Shown: positions 18,970 to 27,538, counted from the stretch's first letter. The stretch: 64,000 nt of DNA from Zancudomyces culisetae HAW-14-8 (GCA_052426225.1 JBNJNM010000024.1:1-64000), one strand, 5' to 3'. Notes: generated by a model from the sequence alone, not told the origin. Numbers and translations: made by a program.

Positions 18970-19425
18970 ATGAAGTGTGCTATATGCCTGGAAACAAATT
19001 GCAAAAAGAACAATATGTTAATGGAAAACATGGATTATTTTTCGGAAATAACACAGAAAACTTTAAGCGCTTTTCATAGAGCCGGTTTAGATTCTGATGT
19101 TTATGATGAAATTAATTCTCTAAAATTAGCAATTAGCGAAAAAACTATGATATTAATTACTGCTGAAGAAATTGAAGGGGGGAAGGTTAAAAGATTTTTT
19201 GATACGGGTGATACAGATATAGTTGATATAAAAGATATATACACTACAAAATATTATACCAAAGATACTGATAATTTAAGAAAACATTCGGTCGTTATAG
19301 ATGCTTTAAATAGAAAAGAAAGTAATATATCCAAAATATATAGTTCAAAGAATATTGATAATTTGAAATGCGATAGAAAAAAAATTGATAAAATAACTGA
19401 ACATATATTTTTTAAACGCAATTGA
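18970..19425 (+). CDS. RNA polymerase small subunit carrying the Rpb1 trigger loop and C-terminal region
   Basis: FSEITQKTLSAFHRAG aligns with Rpb1 IGEPATQMTLNTFHFAG; RKHSVVIDAL and DKITEHIFF recall Rpb1 region H. Confidence 0.75.
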   Translation: MKCAICLETNCKKNNMLMENMDYFSEITQKTLSAFHRAGLDSDVYDEINSLKLAISEKTMILITAEEIEGGKVKRFFDTGDTDIVDIKDIYTTKYYTKDTDNLRKHSVVIDALNRKESNISKIYSSKNIDNLKCDRKKIDKITEHIFFKRN

Positions 19426-19938
19426 CAAATATTTTTTTGTCAGCCGATTTTATTTGGTAAATAGTATATATAATATATCTGTTAGCTTTACACGATGATT
19501 TTATTAAATAGTTATAGCATAAAACTATAAAAAATACTCATATAAAATATCTATCTAACCAAGCTTTATACATGGTATATTTTTATCGAATGTAATATTT
19601 AATACTTTACAAATAACATACTATTATAATTGTAAAAGTATTAAATATATTATATGACCCTATGCGATATTATATTTTTTAAGCGATATTATATTTAATA
19701 ATTTCATCTAACAGAAAAATATAAATCTGGGAGATATGGATATTTTTTATATTTATGTTTATTTCGCGGCATAACTGTCCAGTTATTATTGATAACTTTT
19801 TTTAAATATTATAAATAGGTTTAAAATAGTATATAATACGGATTTAAAACCATTGTTGAAAATATAAATATATATGAATATAATTCAGAATATTCAAATT
19901 TACCGTATCCAAATTATCACCGAAAAAATATAGTCAAT

Positions 19939-21276
19939 ATGGATGAATATCAAATAATAAAAAATATAATTCCGAATTATTCTTTCGAGTGTGATATAAT
20001 AGATATCTTTCATCAGTTAAACATTTCAAACACAAGAGAAATCTATGATGAAAAAATAAGAAACATAGAAGCAACAACAAATTACGATAAAGCTAATAAA
20101 TTTTCATTGTTATATAAAGATAAATTCGTATGTATAGACTGCGATAGAAAAATATTTTACGTTTTCAATAACGGTATATGGGAAATTGATCATGGTAATA
20201 TATGTTTGATTAAATATATTATAAATTTCTATCCATCTTGCGGTAGTAATTTCAATAAAAGAAAGAGTTTTATAAATGATATAGCACTACATTCTTATAA
20301 TAAAAAATTTACAGAGAAATTAAGCAATTTTAAATCTATTAGAATTGGGAATGTATCATTTGATGTATTTAACGGCAATCTGAGAGATGGTTATCCCAAT
20401 GATTACTGTTCTATAAATACTCACATGCCTTTAAATATAGATTATAAAGAGAAAGTATTGCGTATGCTAAAAGATATATTCCCTCAAGAAAATATAATGA
20501 AATATTTCTTAAGATATGCCGGCTCATTGTTAATACCTGGAAATAAAGATAAAATATTCATGATTTGGAATGGTATAGGTAATAATGGCAAATCTATATT
20601 GGCGAGATTAATCGAGTTGGCTATGGGAGAATATTCTATAAAATTACCGACATCTCTTGTAACTGGTAAAAGAACAATATCGTCTGGAGCCACACCAGAA
20701 CTGGCTCTATTGGAAAAAAAATTGGTAGCATTTCTACAAGAACCGTCTCATGATGAGAAGTTAAATATAGGGATAGTTAAAGAACTCACAGGAAATGATA
20801 CCATATATGTAAGAGGACTATATAAAGAAGGTTCGAATATAAATGTGCTTGCGAAAATAATATATATAGTAAATACAACAGATAATATAGCAGTATTGGA
20901 AGAAGCTATATGGAATAGAATAGTTGTTTTACCATTTATATCCAATTTTACAGATAAAATAATACTCCCTAATGATTTACCTGTAGATAAAATGTTAGGT
21001 GGTAAGTTAAGAACATATGCCGGTTCATTTATGGAAATAATGATTGAAGAAGCGCGTAGATATATAAATGAAGGATTGTTGGAATGTAAAGAGATAGAAG
21101 AATCAACAAGAGCCGTACAAGACGAGAATGATATTATAATTAAATATATAAAACAAAATAGATTCAGTAGTAATAGCTACGAAGGATTGATTGCTTTTAT
21201 TAGAGATTTTCATCCGCAAGCGCAAGTACCGAGTTTTAAGTTATTCAATAAAAGAATAAATACTATAAATGTATAA
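19939..21276 (+). CDS. D5-like superfamily 3 helicase (D5_N + P-loop NTPase), no primase domain
   Basis: FYVFNNGIWE and LRDGYPNDYCS (D5_N); Walker A GIGNNGKS; ATPELA; Walker B region AFLQEP; VKELTGNDTIYVRGLY; AIWNRIVVLPF. Confidence 0.93.
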   Translation: MDEYQIIKNIIPNYSFECDIIDIFHQLNISNTREIYDEKIRNIEATTNYDKANKFSLLYKDKFVCIDCDRKIFYVFNNGIWEIDHGNICLIKYIINFYPSCGSNFNKRKSFINDIALHSYNKKFTEKLSNFKSIRIGNVSFDVFNGNLRDGYPNDYCSINTHMPLNIDYKEKVLRMLKDIFPQENIMKYFLRYAGSLLIPGNKDKIFMIWNGIGNNGKSILARLIELAMGEYSIKLPTSLVTGKRTISSGATPELALLEKKLVAFLQEPSHDEKLNIGIVKELTGNDTIYVRGLYKEGSNINVLAKIIYIVNTTDNIAVLEEAIWNRIVVLPFISNFTDKIILPNDLPVDKMLGGKLRTYAGSFMEIMIEEARRYINEGLLECKEIEESTRAVQDENDIIIKYIKQNRFSSNSYEGLIAFIRDFHPQAQVPSFKLFNKRINTINV

Positions 21277-21292
21277 TATTACATCGGTAGTA

Positions 21293-21357
21293 TTTTAAAA
21301 GATGTATTATATTTATGTTTTAAAAGATGTATTATATTTATGTTTTAAAAGATGTAT
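21293..21357. repeat. 25-bp tandem repeat, ~2.6 copies
   Basis: TTTTAAAAGATGTATTATATTTATG repeated between the convergent D5 and 171-aa genes. Confidence 0.9.
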
Positions 21358-21421
21358 AAAATAAAAATCAATACGGATTTAGCAGCTTTAGTGATATTAT
21401 ATAGATAGAAACAACCCAATA

Positions 21422-21937
21422 TTAAATTTCGGATAATGTGAGTTTAGATATATCTATTTCCAGATCACTATCTTTTACTTTGCATATTACTATTTCATTA
21501 GCATTTAACTGAATAGTAGTTTTTGTATTCATTTGGAAAATGGATTGGACAGTAATTGATATACATGCGTAGAAAATTTTACCGGTTAAATCGGTATTTA
21601 GAATTTTTCTAGTTTTTACATCAGTTATTCTTGTTTTATCATTTATGTTTATTTTAATGTTGCCGTCATAAAAAGGATCAGTTACTGTTATGTCATATTT
21701 TTCTGATATTGAATCTATTATATCATTTATCATCTTTGTTAGAACTTTAGATTTCAACAAAATTTGTCTCTTGTTATATTTAGTTGTTGTTATACCATCT
21801 ATTATCATGAATTTGTTTTTCTCTGATATCTGTAGAATCCCTCCATCATAGTATATATCGATTAGAAATCCCTCACCCAATTTTCTTTTATCGTCGGATA
21901 AACTTATCAATGTTTTATCTATGCTATTATATATCAT
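21422..21937 (-). CDS. Hypothetical protein, candidate OB-fold ssDNA-binding protein
   Basis: 171 aa, beta-rich C-terminus (ACISITVQSIF...TIQLNANEIVI) and short acidic tail; fold is inference. Confidence 0.35.
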   Translation of the reverse strand: MIYNSIDKTLISLSDDKRKLGEGFLIDIYYDGGILQISEKNKFMIIDGITTTKYNKRQILLKSKVLTKMINDIIDSISEKYDITVTDPFYDGNIKININDKTRITDVKTRKILNTDLTGKIFYACISITVQSIFQMNTKTTIQLNANEIVICKVKDSDLEIDISKLTLSEI

Positions 21938-21979
21938 TTTTTGATCTTCGACTTTCTTTTTTTATTATTATTACTATTT

Positions 21980-23743
21980 TTATTCTTTGAGATATATTTG
22001 CTCTTCAAAATAGTAGTTATTTTTTGAAATATAGTCTATTATGTTGATATTTTTATCAATTTTGAGTGTTTGTTTTATTATTTCCCATTCATCACGATTC
22101 ATATTATCTATAAGTTTACCTCTTCTTTGAAATTTTTTATTCTTCGTTATATCTATATATGTAAATCTTAATCTTCTATCTACACAACTTCTCCATATAA
22201 GTGGAGTGTTTGGATAATCGCGAGTTGTAAATATGTTCATATCCGAGCATACGCTTATAGATTTCTTTCGATTTACGATATCATAACACTCAGCTTTATC
22301 CGGATATACATTGCACCATGATATTTTATTTTCATTTATATCGAAGCATTTCCTAAAATCCCATATAAAATCATCAATTTGAAATATTTGTATATTATCG
22401 GGTATTGGTGGATTGAATATCTCGGCTAGAGGTTTGCATACGTTTTCTGTTTTAATATCATTCATAACTTCCAATATCTTTATATTTTTATCGTATGCTA
22501 TTTTGTACATATCAATATCTATAGAATTTAAGCATACATGCTTATATATTTTTATTTGTACATTGGATGTATGAGAACCTTTTCGTATAACACGGCCTAT
22601 AGCCTGATTTATATATCCGTAATTCCAATACGGTGTTAATATATGTACATTTGTTACGTTTTTCAAAGTTATAGATTCGTTAAGCACGTTACTTCCTATC
22701 AAAAGACGTATTACTTTTCCGTTATAATTTTGCAAGCTATTGAAATCCCGCAATATATTATTTATTTCTTCGGTAGATACATTACCATTTATTACAGCAT
22801 AAGATTTCTCCTGACCTCTTACTGTTGTCCAACCTAAATGATTTAAAACATCGCATAAAAACGTAATCCCTCTTTTTATATAATAAACAAAAACTACAAC
22901 CAATTCATTTTCTGGTATGTTATTTATAAGAAAATTTATTTTGGCTGACTGTTCTTCTAAAGGAATATTTTTGTTATAAACACCGGTACTTAATGTTAGC
23001 TGACGTAATGTTGTATATATATCTTTGCATTTTTTACCTTTTTCATCATTATATTTTTTTAACTGTAAACCTTTCATTTCGGTCGCGAATAGCATATTGT
23101 TATTGATTATATCTTTTTCCGAATTATTCGAATATTTTATATCTTTATTTAGTATATAAACACCATATCCGTATTTAAACGTGTTTTCGGCATAAGCTAT
23201 TGGCGTTTCTATGGGTAGCATATTGCATAATGATTTCAATTCGTTAGGATTATCTATCATTGGCGTGGCTGATATTATAAGAAGTTTCGAGTTGGTGGAA
23301 TCATGCATTTTCTTTTTTATATATGTATATCTGCTAGCATTTTCTCTCATATTGTGAGCTTCATCTATAATTACCAAAGAATTGTCTATATTCACTTTAT
23401 TTCTCGAGAAGCTTGTTAAACCGTAATATTTTATATTCATACTTTTACTATTTAATCTATTCTCATTTATAAAAATTTTATATTCATTCTTAAAATTTGT
23501 TATTGTATTTGTGTTATGCGATATGAAAATGACATCAAAACCATTGATATTGAATAAATATGATAAGGCAGCTGCGCAGTAAGTTTTTCCAATTCCCAAC
23601 TGAAATGATAGTAGTAGACTTCTATATGGTGTTTTAGGATGCATATATGATAAAACAAAATTTTGTTCCGGGGTTGTTGTGGTAAATGATACATTTTCGA
23701 TGCAGTTATGAGGGTTATCTTCGTAATATATTGGAATATTCAT
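21980..23743 (-). CDS. SF2 DExH helicase/ATPase, poxvirus D6/D11 (VETF-S/NPH-I) family
   Basis: PEQ..HPKTPYRSLLL, Walker A LGIGKT, IIDEAHN, SATP, FNSLQNYNGKVIRLLIGS, ILTPYWN, QAIGRVIRKGSH. Confidence 0.92.
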   Translation of the reverse strand: MNIPIYYEDNPHNCIENVSFTTTTPEQNFVLSYMHPKTPYRSLLLSFQLGIGKTYCAAALSYLFNINGFDVIFISHNTNTITNFKNEYKIFINENRLNSKSMNIKYYGLTSFSRNKVNIDNSLVIIDEAHNMRENASRYTYIKKKMHDSTNSKLLIISATPMIDNPNELKSLCNMLPIETPIAYAENTFKYGYGVYILNKDIKYSNNSEKDIINNNMLFATEMKGLQLKKYNDEKGKKCKDIYTTLRQLTLSTGVYNKNIPLEEQSAKINFLINNIPENELVVVFVYYIKRGITFLCDVLNHLGWTTVRGQEKSYAVINGNVSTEEINNILRDFNSLQNYNGKVIRLLIGSNVLNESITLKNVTNVHILTPYWNYGYINQAIGRVIRKGSHTSNVQIKIYKHVCLNSIDIDMYKIAYDKNIKILEVMNDIKTENVCKPLAEIFNPPIPDNIQIFQIDDFIWDFRKCFDINENKISWCNVYPDKAECYDIVNRKKSISVCSDMNIFTTRDYPNTPLIWRSCVDRRLRFTYIDITKNKKFQRRGKLIDNMNRDEWEIIKQTLKIDKNINIIDYISKNNYYFEEQIYLKE

Positions 23744-23976
23744 AATATTAATTGTTTTTTATATCTTGAAATGTTATTAATAAATGAATATTATATGAAT
23801 GTCTTTAAGAATAGTATTGTCAGGACTGGATTAGAATGAATACTTATGTTTAATATATATTAAATATAGTGCTATATATAGTATAAAATACCGAATATGC
23901 TATATGTAAAATGGCAATGTGATTGTTTAGATTCTGAAAATATATTATTCATATTTGGTATATAAAAAGGCAAAAA

Positions 23977-24012
23977 AAGCCCCCCATATACTGACGGGGG
24001 GCTTCTTTTTTT
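23977..24012 (-). terminator. GC-rich stem-loop with flanking A/T tracts (intrinsic-terminator-like)
   Basis: AAGCCCCCC-ATATACTGAC-GGGGGGCTT between A7 and T7; on the minus strand it is a stem followed by U7, ~55 nt past the stop of 24062-25165. Confidence 0.55.
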
Positions 24013-24019
24013 ATAATAT

Positions 24020-24068
24020 ATAGCTATATAAAATATAAATAGCTATATAAAATATAAATAGCTATATA
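24020..24068. repeat. 19-bp tandem repeat, ~2.5 copies
   Basis: ATAGCTATATAAAATATAA repeated next to the GC hairpin. Confidence 0.85.
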
Positions 24069-25165
24069 TTATCTTTTATTTTATTTTTATTTTTATTTTT
24101 ATTTTTATTTTTATTTTTATTTTTGGTTTCATTCAATGATCTTAATCTAGCTTGCTCCATTAGCATTTTATGACGAATGTCTTTTTTTTCTTGTTCTTTT
24201 TCGTATCTCATCTTCTCAATAGCTTGTTCTTCTTTAAATTTTCTACTAAATTCTTCTATTTCTTCTCTTTCCTTAGCTTGCATTCTATATTTATCAAACT
24301 GTATTTGCATTTCTGGTGTTATTAGTTGACCACGCCATGTATCTCTATTTAGACTATCTTTACCAAATCCTGTTTTTACATTTCTTATATCAATATCGTG
24401 ATTTATACCATCATCACCGCTATCTGATAATATTTCAAGTTCTTGAGTGGGTTTAGCTTCTTGGATAGGTTTAAGTTCTTGAGTGGGTTTGATATTATAA
24501 ATTACACGCATATATCTCTGTTTCTTATTCGGATACTCATAAGAATCTTTCTCTTTTTTGGCGAATACTATAAGTTTATCTTCGTAATGTTTATTGCAAA
24601 ATACCGATGAACCTCTTTTATCTAAACAGAAAACTCCATCTAACCATATACATGTGCGAGCTTTAATTCTTTTATTTATAGAGAATCTTTTATGTAATCC
24701 GCACAATAATAATGATCTCTTACCTATCTCTTGTTCATCTAAATTCTTTATCATTCTATTACAATAAGTGATGCTATCTTTAGATTTTACTATACAACGA
24801 CCATCTATATGAGCTTTACTTTTTGTATGAATACCACATGTTTCATATCCATCCAATGCTTTGTATTTGCAATTTAATCCTTTTTTGGTTAAAGCGTTAC
24901 ATTTAATATTAATCTCAGACTTAATATTAATCTCGGACTTAATATTAATCTCGGACTTAATATTACTCCTTATTTTGCTATGTATTCCGCATTTTTCATT
25001 ACCCTGTTTTTTTATACTTCTATTACAATATAGTTTATTTTTCATTATATAAGAACATCTACCTTCTATATGAGTATCACTACTTATATGCTTACCACAT
25101 ACTTCATAGTTAATAAGTGGCTTATATGCACATTTAACCCCTGATAAAGTTTTTGCTATACACAT
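24062..25165 (-). CDS. Multi-C3H Zn-finger protein with coiled-coil and NK-repeat tail
   Basis: Five C-x6-10-C-x9-19-C-x2-H units (e.g. CNALTKKGLNCKYKALDGYETCGIH); NIKSEI repeats; (NK)n tail. Confidence 0.7.
   Translation of the reverse strand: MCIAKTLSGVKCAYKPLINYEVCGKHISSDTHIEGRCSYIMKNKLYCNRSIKKQGNEKCGIHSKIRSNIKSEINIKSEINIKSEINIKCNALTKKGLNCKYKALDGYETCGIHTKSKAHIDGRCIVKSKDSITYCNRMIKNLDEQEIGKRSLLLCGLHKRFSINKRIKARTCIWLDGVFCLDKRGSSVFCNKHYEDKLIVFAKKEKDSYEYPNKKQRYMRVIYNIKPTQELKPIQEAKPTQELEILSDSGDDGINHDIDIRNVKTGFGKDSLNRDTWRGQLITPEMQIQFDKYRMQAKEREEIEEFSRKFKEEQAIEKMRYEKEQEKKDIRHKMLMEQARLRSLNETKNKNKNKNKNKNKNKIKDNI
24903..24965. repeat. 18-bp coding tandem repeat, ~3.5 copies (NIKSEI)
   Basis: TTAATATTAATCTC(A/G)GAC repeated. 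Confidence 0.9.
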
Positions 25166-25290
25166 TTTTTATATTCGATTTTACTGGTTTGATTTGAGCA
25201 AAATAGTTGTCCTAATTTTTTATGTGATAATTCGTATATCAATATATTCTCGATATTAATATCAATTTTTATATTTTGAAATCCTAAAGA

Positions 25291-25302
25291 ATCATATATG
25301 AT
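25291..25302. promoter_or_regulatory. Palindromic double ATNTGA (UCS-like) motif between the divergent Zn-finger and capping genes
   Basis: ATCATATATGAT; ATATGA ends 62 nt before ATG 25363. Confidence 0.5.
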
Positions 25303-25362
25303 ATATATTTATTATAAAAAAACATCGATGATAAAAAATAAAAAACAATCTAACATTATATA

Positions 25363-27177
25363 ATGGATGATAAAATACAAAAAATCGAGAATATATTAAA
25401 TGTATTCGAATCTATACAATGTAATGTATTACATACTAATATAGAATTGGAAGCTAGAATGTGTATACCCCCACCTACAAACTTTATAGATTATGAGACT
25501 ATAACAATTCAATATTATAAATCTCAAGATTTACCAACATTAACTATACGAAAGGAATATGGAAAGGATTATATAGAAACAAAAGAACTAGTCGATAGAG
25601 TTATTATAGAAAATATTAATATAGTATGTTCTGTAGAGAAAAGATATAGAAATTTTGATTATATATTAAATAAACACATATTAAGAAAAATCGACAGGCT
25701 CAAAATACAAGATAATCCATTAGTAGTTATAAATAGAGAAAATAATATATATATGTTGGAAGTTGAATTTGAGAGAGATACACTATCCGAGACAATAGAT
25801 ATATTGAATAGTTATTCTGTACCATTTTGGCCGTGTGTAAAACCACAAGATGCTTACGCATCAGAAATATTATCTAATATAGATAATAATATATTATATA
25901 TATCGCCTAAATATGATGGCGAACATGCTGTTATGTATCTCGATACTGAAACAAGGGTAATATGTATAATTAAAGATAATGGAGAGATAAACATGAGCAA
26001 TTCATTGGATAATTTTGATACTGTTTATGAAGTTGAATTGGTAAATACCGACATATTTATATTGGATATAATGATGTATAAAAATGTCAAGTTAACAGAT
26101 AATAATTATTTAGATAGATTAAAATATGCAAAATATATACAAGATATAACTCATAATTATATAGTATATAATGAAGAAACTCGGAAATATATATCCGCTG
26201 ATATAATAAAGAATGAACGTATACCTGAAAATATATGTTCGATAAAACTAAAAAATATATATAAAATAACAGATTATGATAGTTTGCGAAATGCTAAAGA
26301 TAATATATATAATATTTCAGCAAAAATAGACGGTGTTATATTGACCAATGAAAAGGGTTATTATAATACAGTGTATAAATCTAAACCAAATCCTACAGTT
26401 GATTTACAATATATTAATGGATATTTATATTTAGCTAGAGAAACCAATTCGCAAAGAATATCTCATATCGAGCTGGAAGAAGGATGTATATATGAGTTTG
26501 ATATAAATTTAAATCCAATTAGAAAAAGAGAAGATAAACTTATTCCAAATTATTATATGCCGGTTAAAGATGATGTTATTGATAATATATGCACAGGACA
26601 TGGTATTCCATGTCTAAGATATCACCATAACAAAATAAAGCTTATTATGCTAAAAAAATTTAATGGAATATTATTAGATATAGGTTCTGGATTGGGTGGT
26701 GATATATCTAAGTGGGATCATTTCACTAAAGTGTATGCTATAGATCCCGAGACCAGGCTTAGAAATGTATCGGCAAATATAACATTTCTAAGATGTAAAG
26801 TTCAAGATATAAAAAATATATATTTTGATATAGTAAGCATATTTTTCGTACCATGGTGTAACGATTTCATCAAATTCATGCTCCGATCTAAACATGCTCT
26901 ACTTATTATTATGGATAAACCTTCCGATCTAGATAGTGATAATATAAAAATTACCAAATTGGAAAACAACATGGTAAATATAAATATACCCAATACTAGT
27001 ACAGCTTCGAATATAACGGAGGAAATACCAGATATAAAAAATATAGATAATATTATGATTGGAAACGGATATAAAAAACATGATTTGACTCATAAATATA
27101 ACATATCATTTGCGACTAAAGAGGAAAAAGAACTCTCCAAAATGTACACATATATAATATACTCCAAAATAATGTAA
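25363..27177 (+). CDS. Trifunctional mRNA capping enzyme (triphosphatase, guanylyltransferase, N7-methyltransferase)
   Basis: TTM motifs ELEAR and LEVEF; GTase KYDG, YEVEL, ILDI, DGVIL, YKSKP, REDK; MTase HNKIK and LDIGSGLGGDISKW. Confidence 0.93.
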   Translation: MDDKIQKIENILNVFESIQCNVLHTNIELEARMCIPPPTNFIDYETITIQYYKSQDLPTLTIRKEYGKDYIETKELVDRVIIENINIVCSVEKRYRNFDYILNKHILRKIDRLKIQDNPLVVINRENNIYMLEVEFERDTLSETIDILNSYSVPFWPCVKPQDAYASEILSNIDNNILYISPKYDGEHAVMYLDTETRVICIIKDNGEINMSNSLDNFDTVYEVELVNTDIFILDIMMYKNVKLTDNNYLDRLKYAKYIQDITHNYIVYNEETRKYISADIIKNERIPENICSIKLKNIYKITDYDSLRNAKDNIYNISAKIDGVILTNEKGYYNTVYKSKPNPTVDLQYINGYLYLARETNSQRISHIELEEGCIYEFDINLNPIRKREDKLIPNYYMPVKDDVIDNICTGHGIPCLRYHHNKIKLIMLKKFNGILLDIGSGLGGDISKWDHFTKVYAIDPETRLRNVSANITFLRCKVQDIKNIYFDIVSIFFVPWCNDFIKFMLRSKHALLIIMDKPSDLDSDNIKITKLENNMVNINIPNTSTASNITEEIPDIKNIDNIMIGNGYKKHDLTHKYNISFATKEEKELSKMYTYIIYSKIM

Positions 27178-27215
27178 TAAATATTTTATGATGTTTTTAT
27201 ATTAAAAATAATATT

Positions 27216-27355
27216 TATTTTTCGAATAACAAAAAATATGTATACTAATATTATCGAAATATATATATTGTATATAGGAATATAGCATATCATCAAATAA
27301 CAATATATAAAAAAAGTTTTAAAACTATTTTATTTAAATAGCTAACTATTTAAAA
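27216..27355 (+). repeat. IR-A, copy 2
   Basis: Same as 1184-1323 at +26,032. Confidence 0.95.
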
Positions 27356-27538
27356 TTATTTGTCTCCTTTGAATACTAATTTCATAGCAGCGTCGAAACC
27401 ATACTTTTTTATAATATATCTTATATATACTTTTTGTATATTACCTTCTAATATACAGAATCTCTTTTTGCTATCCTCCCATGTTAATCCTTCTTCTATA
27501 ATTATAGAGACATTATTGTATATTTTCTTATTATGCAT
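27356..27538 (-). CDS. Hypothetical 60-aa protein (copy 2)
   Basis: Identical to 1324-1506. Confidence 0.45.
   Translation of the reverse strand: MHNKKIYNNVSIIIEEGLTWEDSKKRFCILEGNIQKVYIRYIIKKYGFDAAMKLVFKGDK

Larger units (their letters stand above)
1..26032. mobile_element. One unit (26,032 bp, arbitrary start) of a capsid-less NCLDV-related virus-like element / killer plasmid, probably circular
   Basis: All ORFs recur at exactly +26,032 (e.g. 1592->27624, 7404->33436). Gene set is PolB, AEP primase, D5 helicase, RNAP, capping enzyme, SF2 helicase and chitinase toxin; no capsid or integrase recognised. Confidence 0.85.

Noticed and set aside
18666-19079. 137-aa plus-strand ORF, or a frameshift fusion with the trigger-loop ORF
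   Set aside because: It overlaps both neighbours, starts in the usual antisense shadow frame of the 472-aa gene and has no recognisable motif. It cannot be excluded but is not supportable.
21293-21357. CRISPR-like array
   Set aside because: Repeats are contiguous with no spacers and there are no cas genes.
1-26032. Flp/Cre-like tyrosine recombinase or serine invertase for the inversion
   Set aside because: No R...HxxR...Y or serine-recombinase motif recognised in any ORF.
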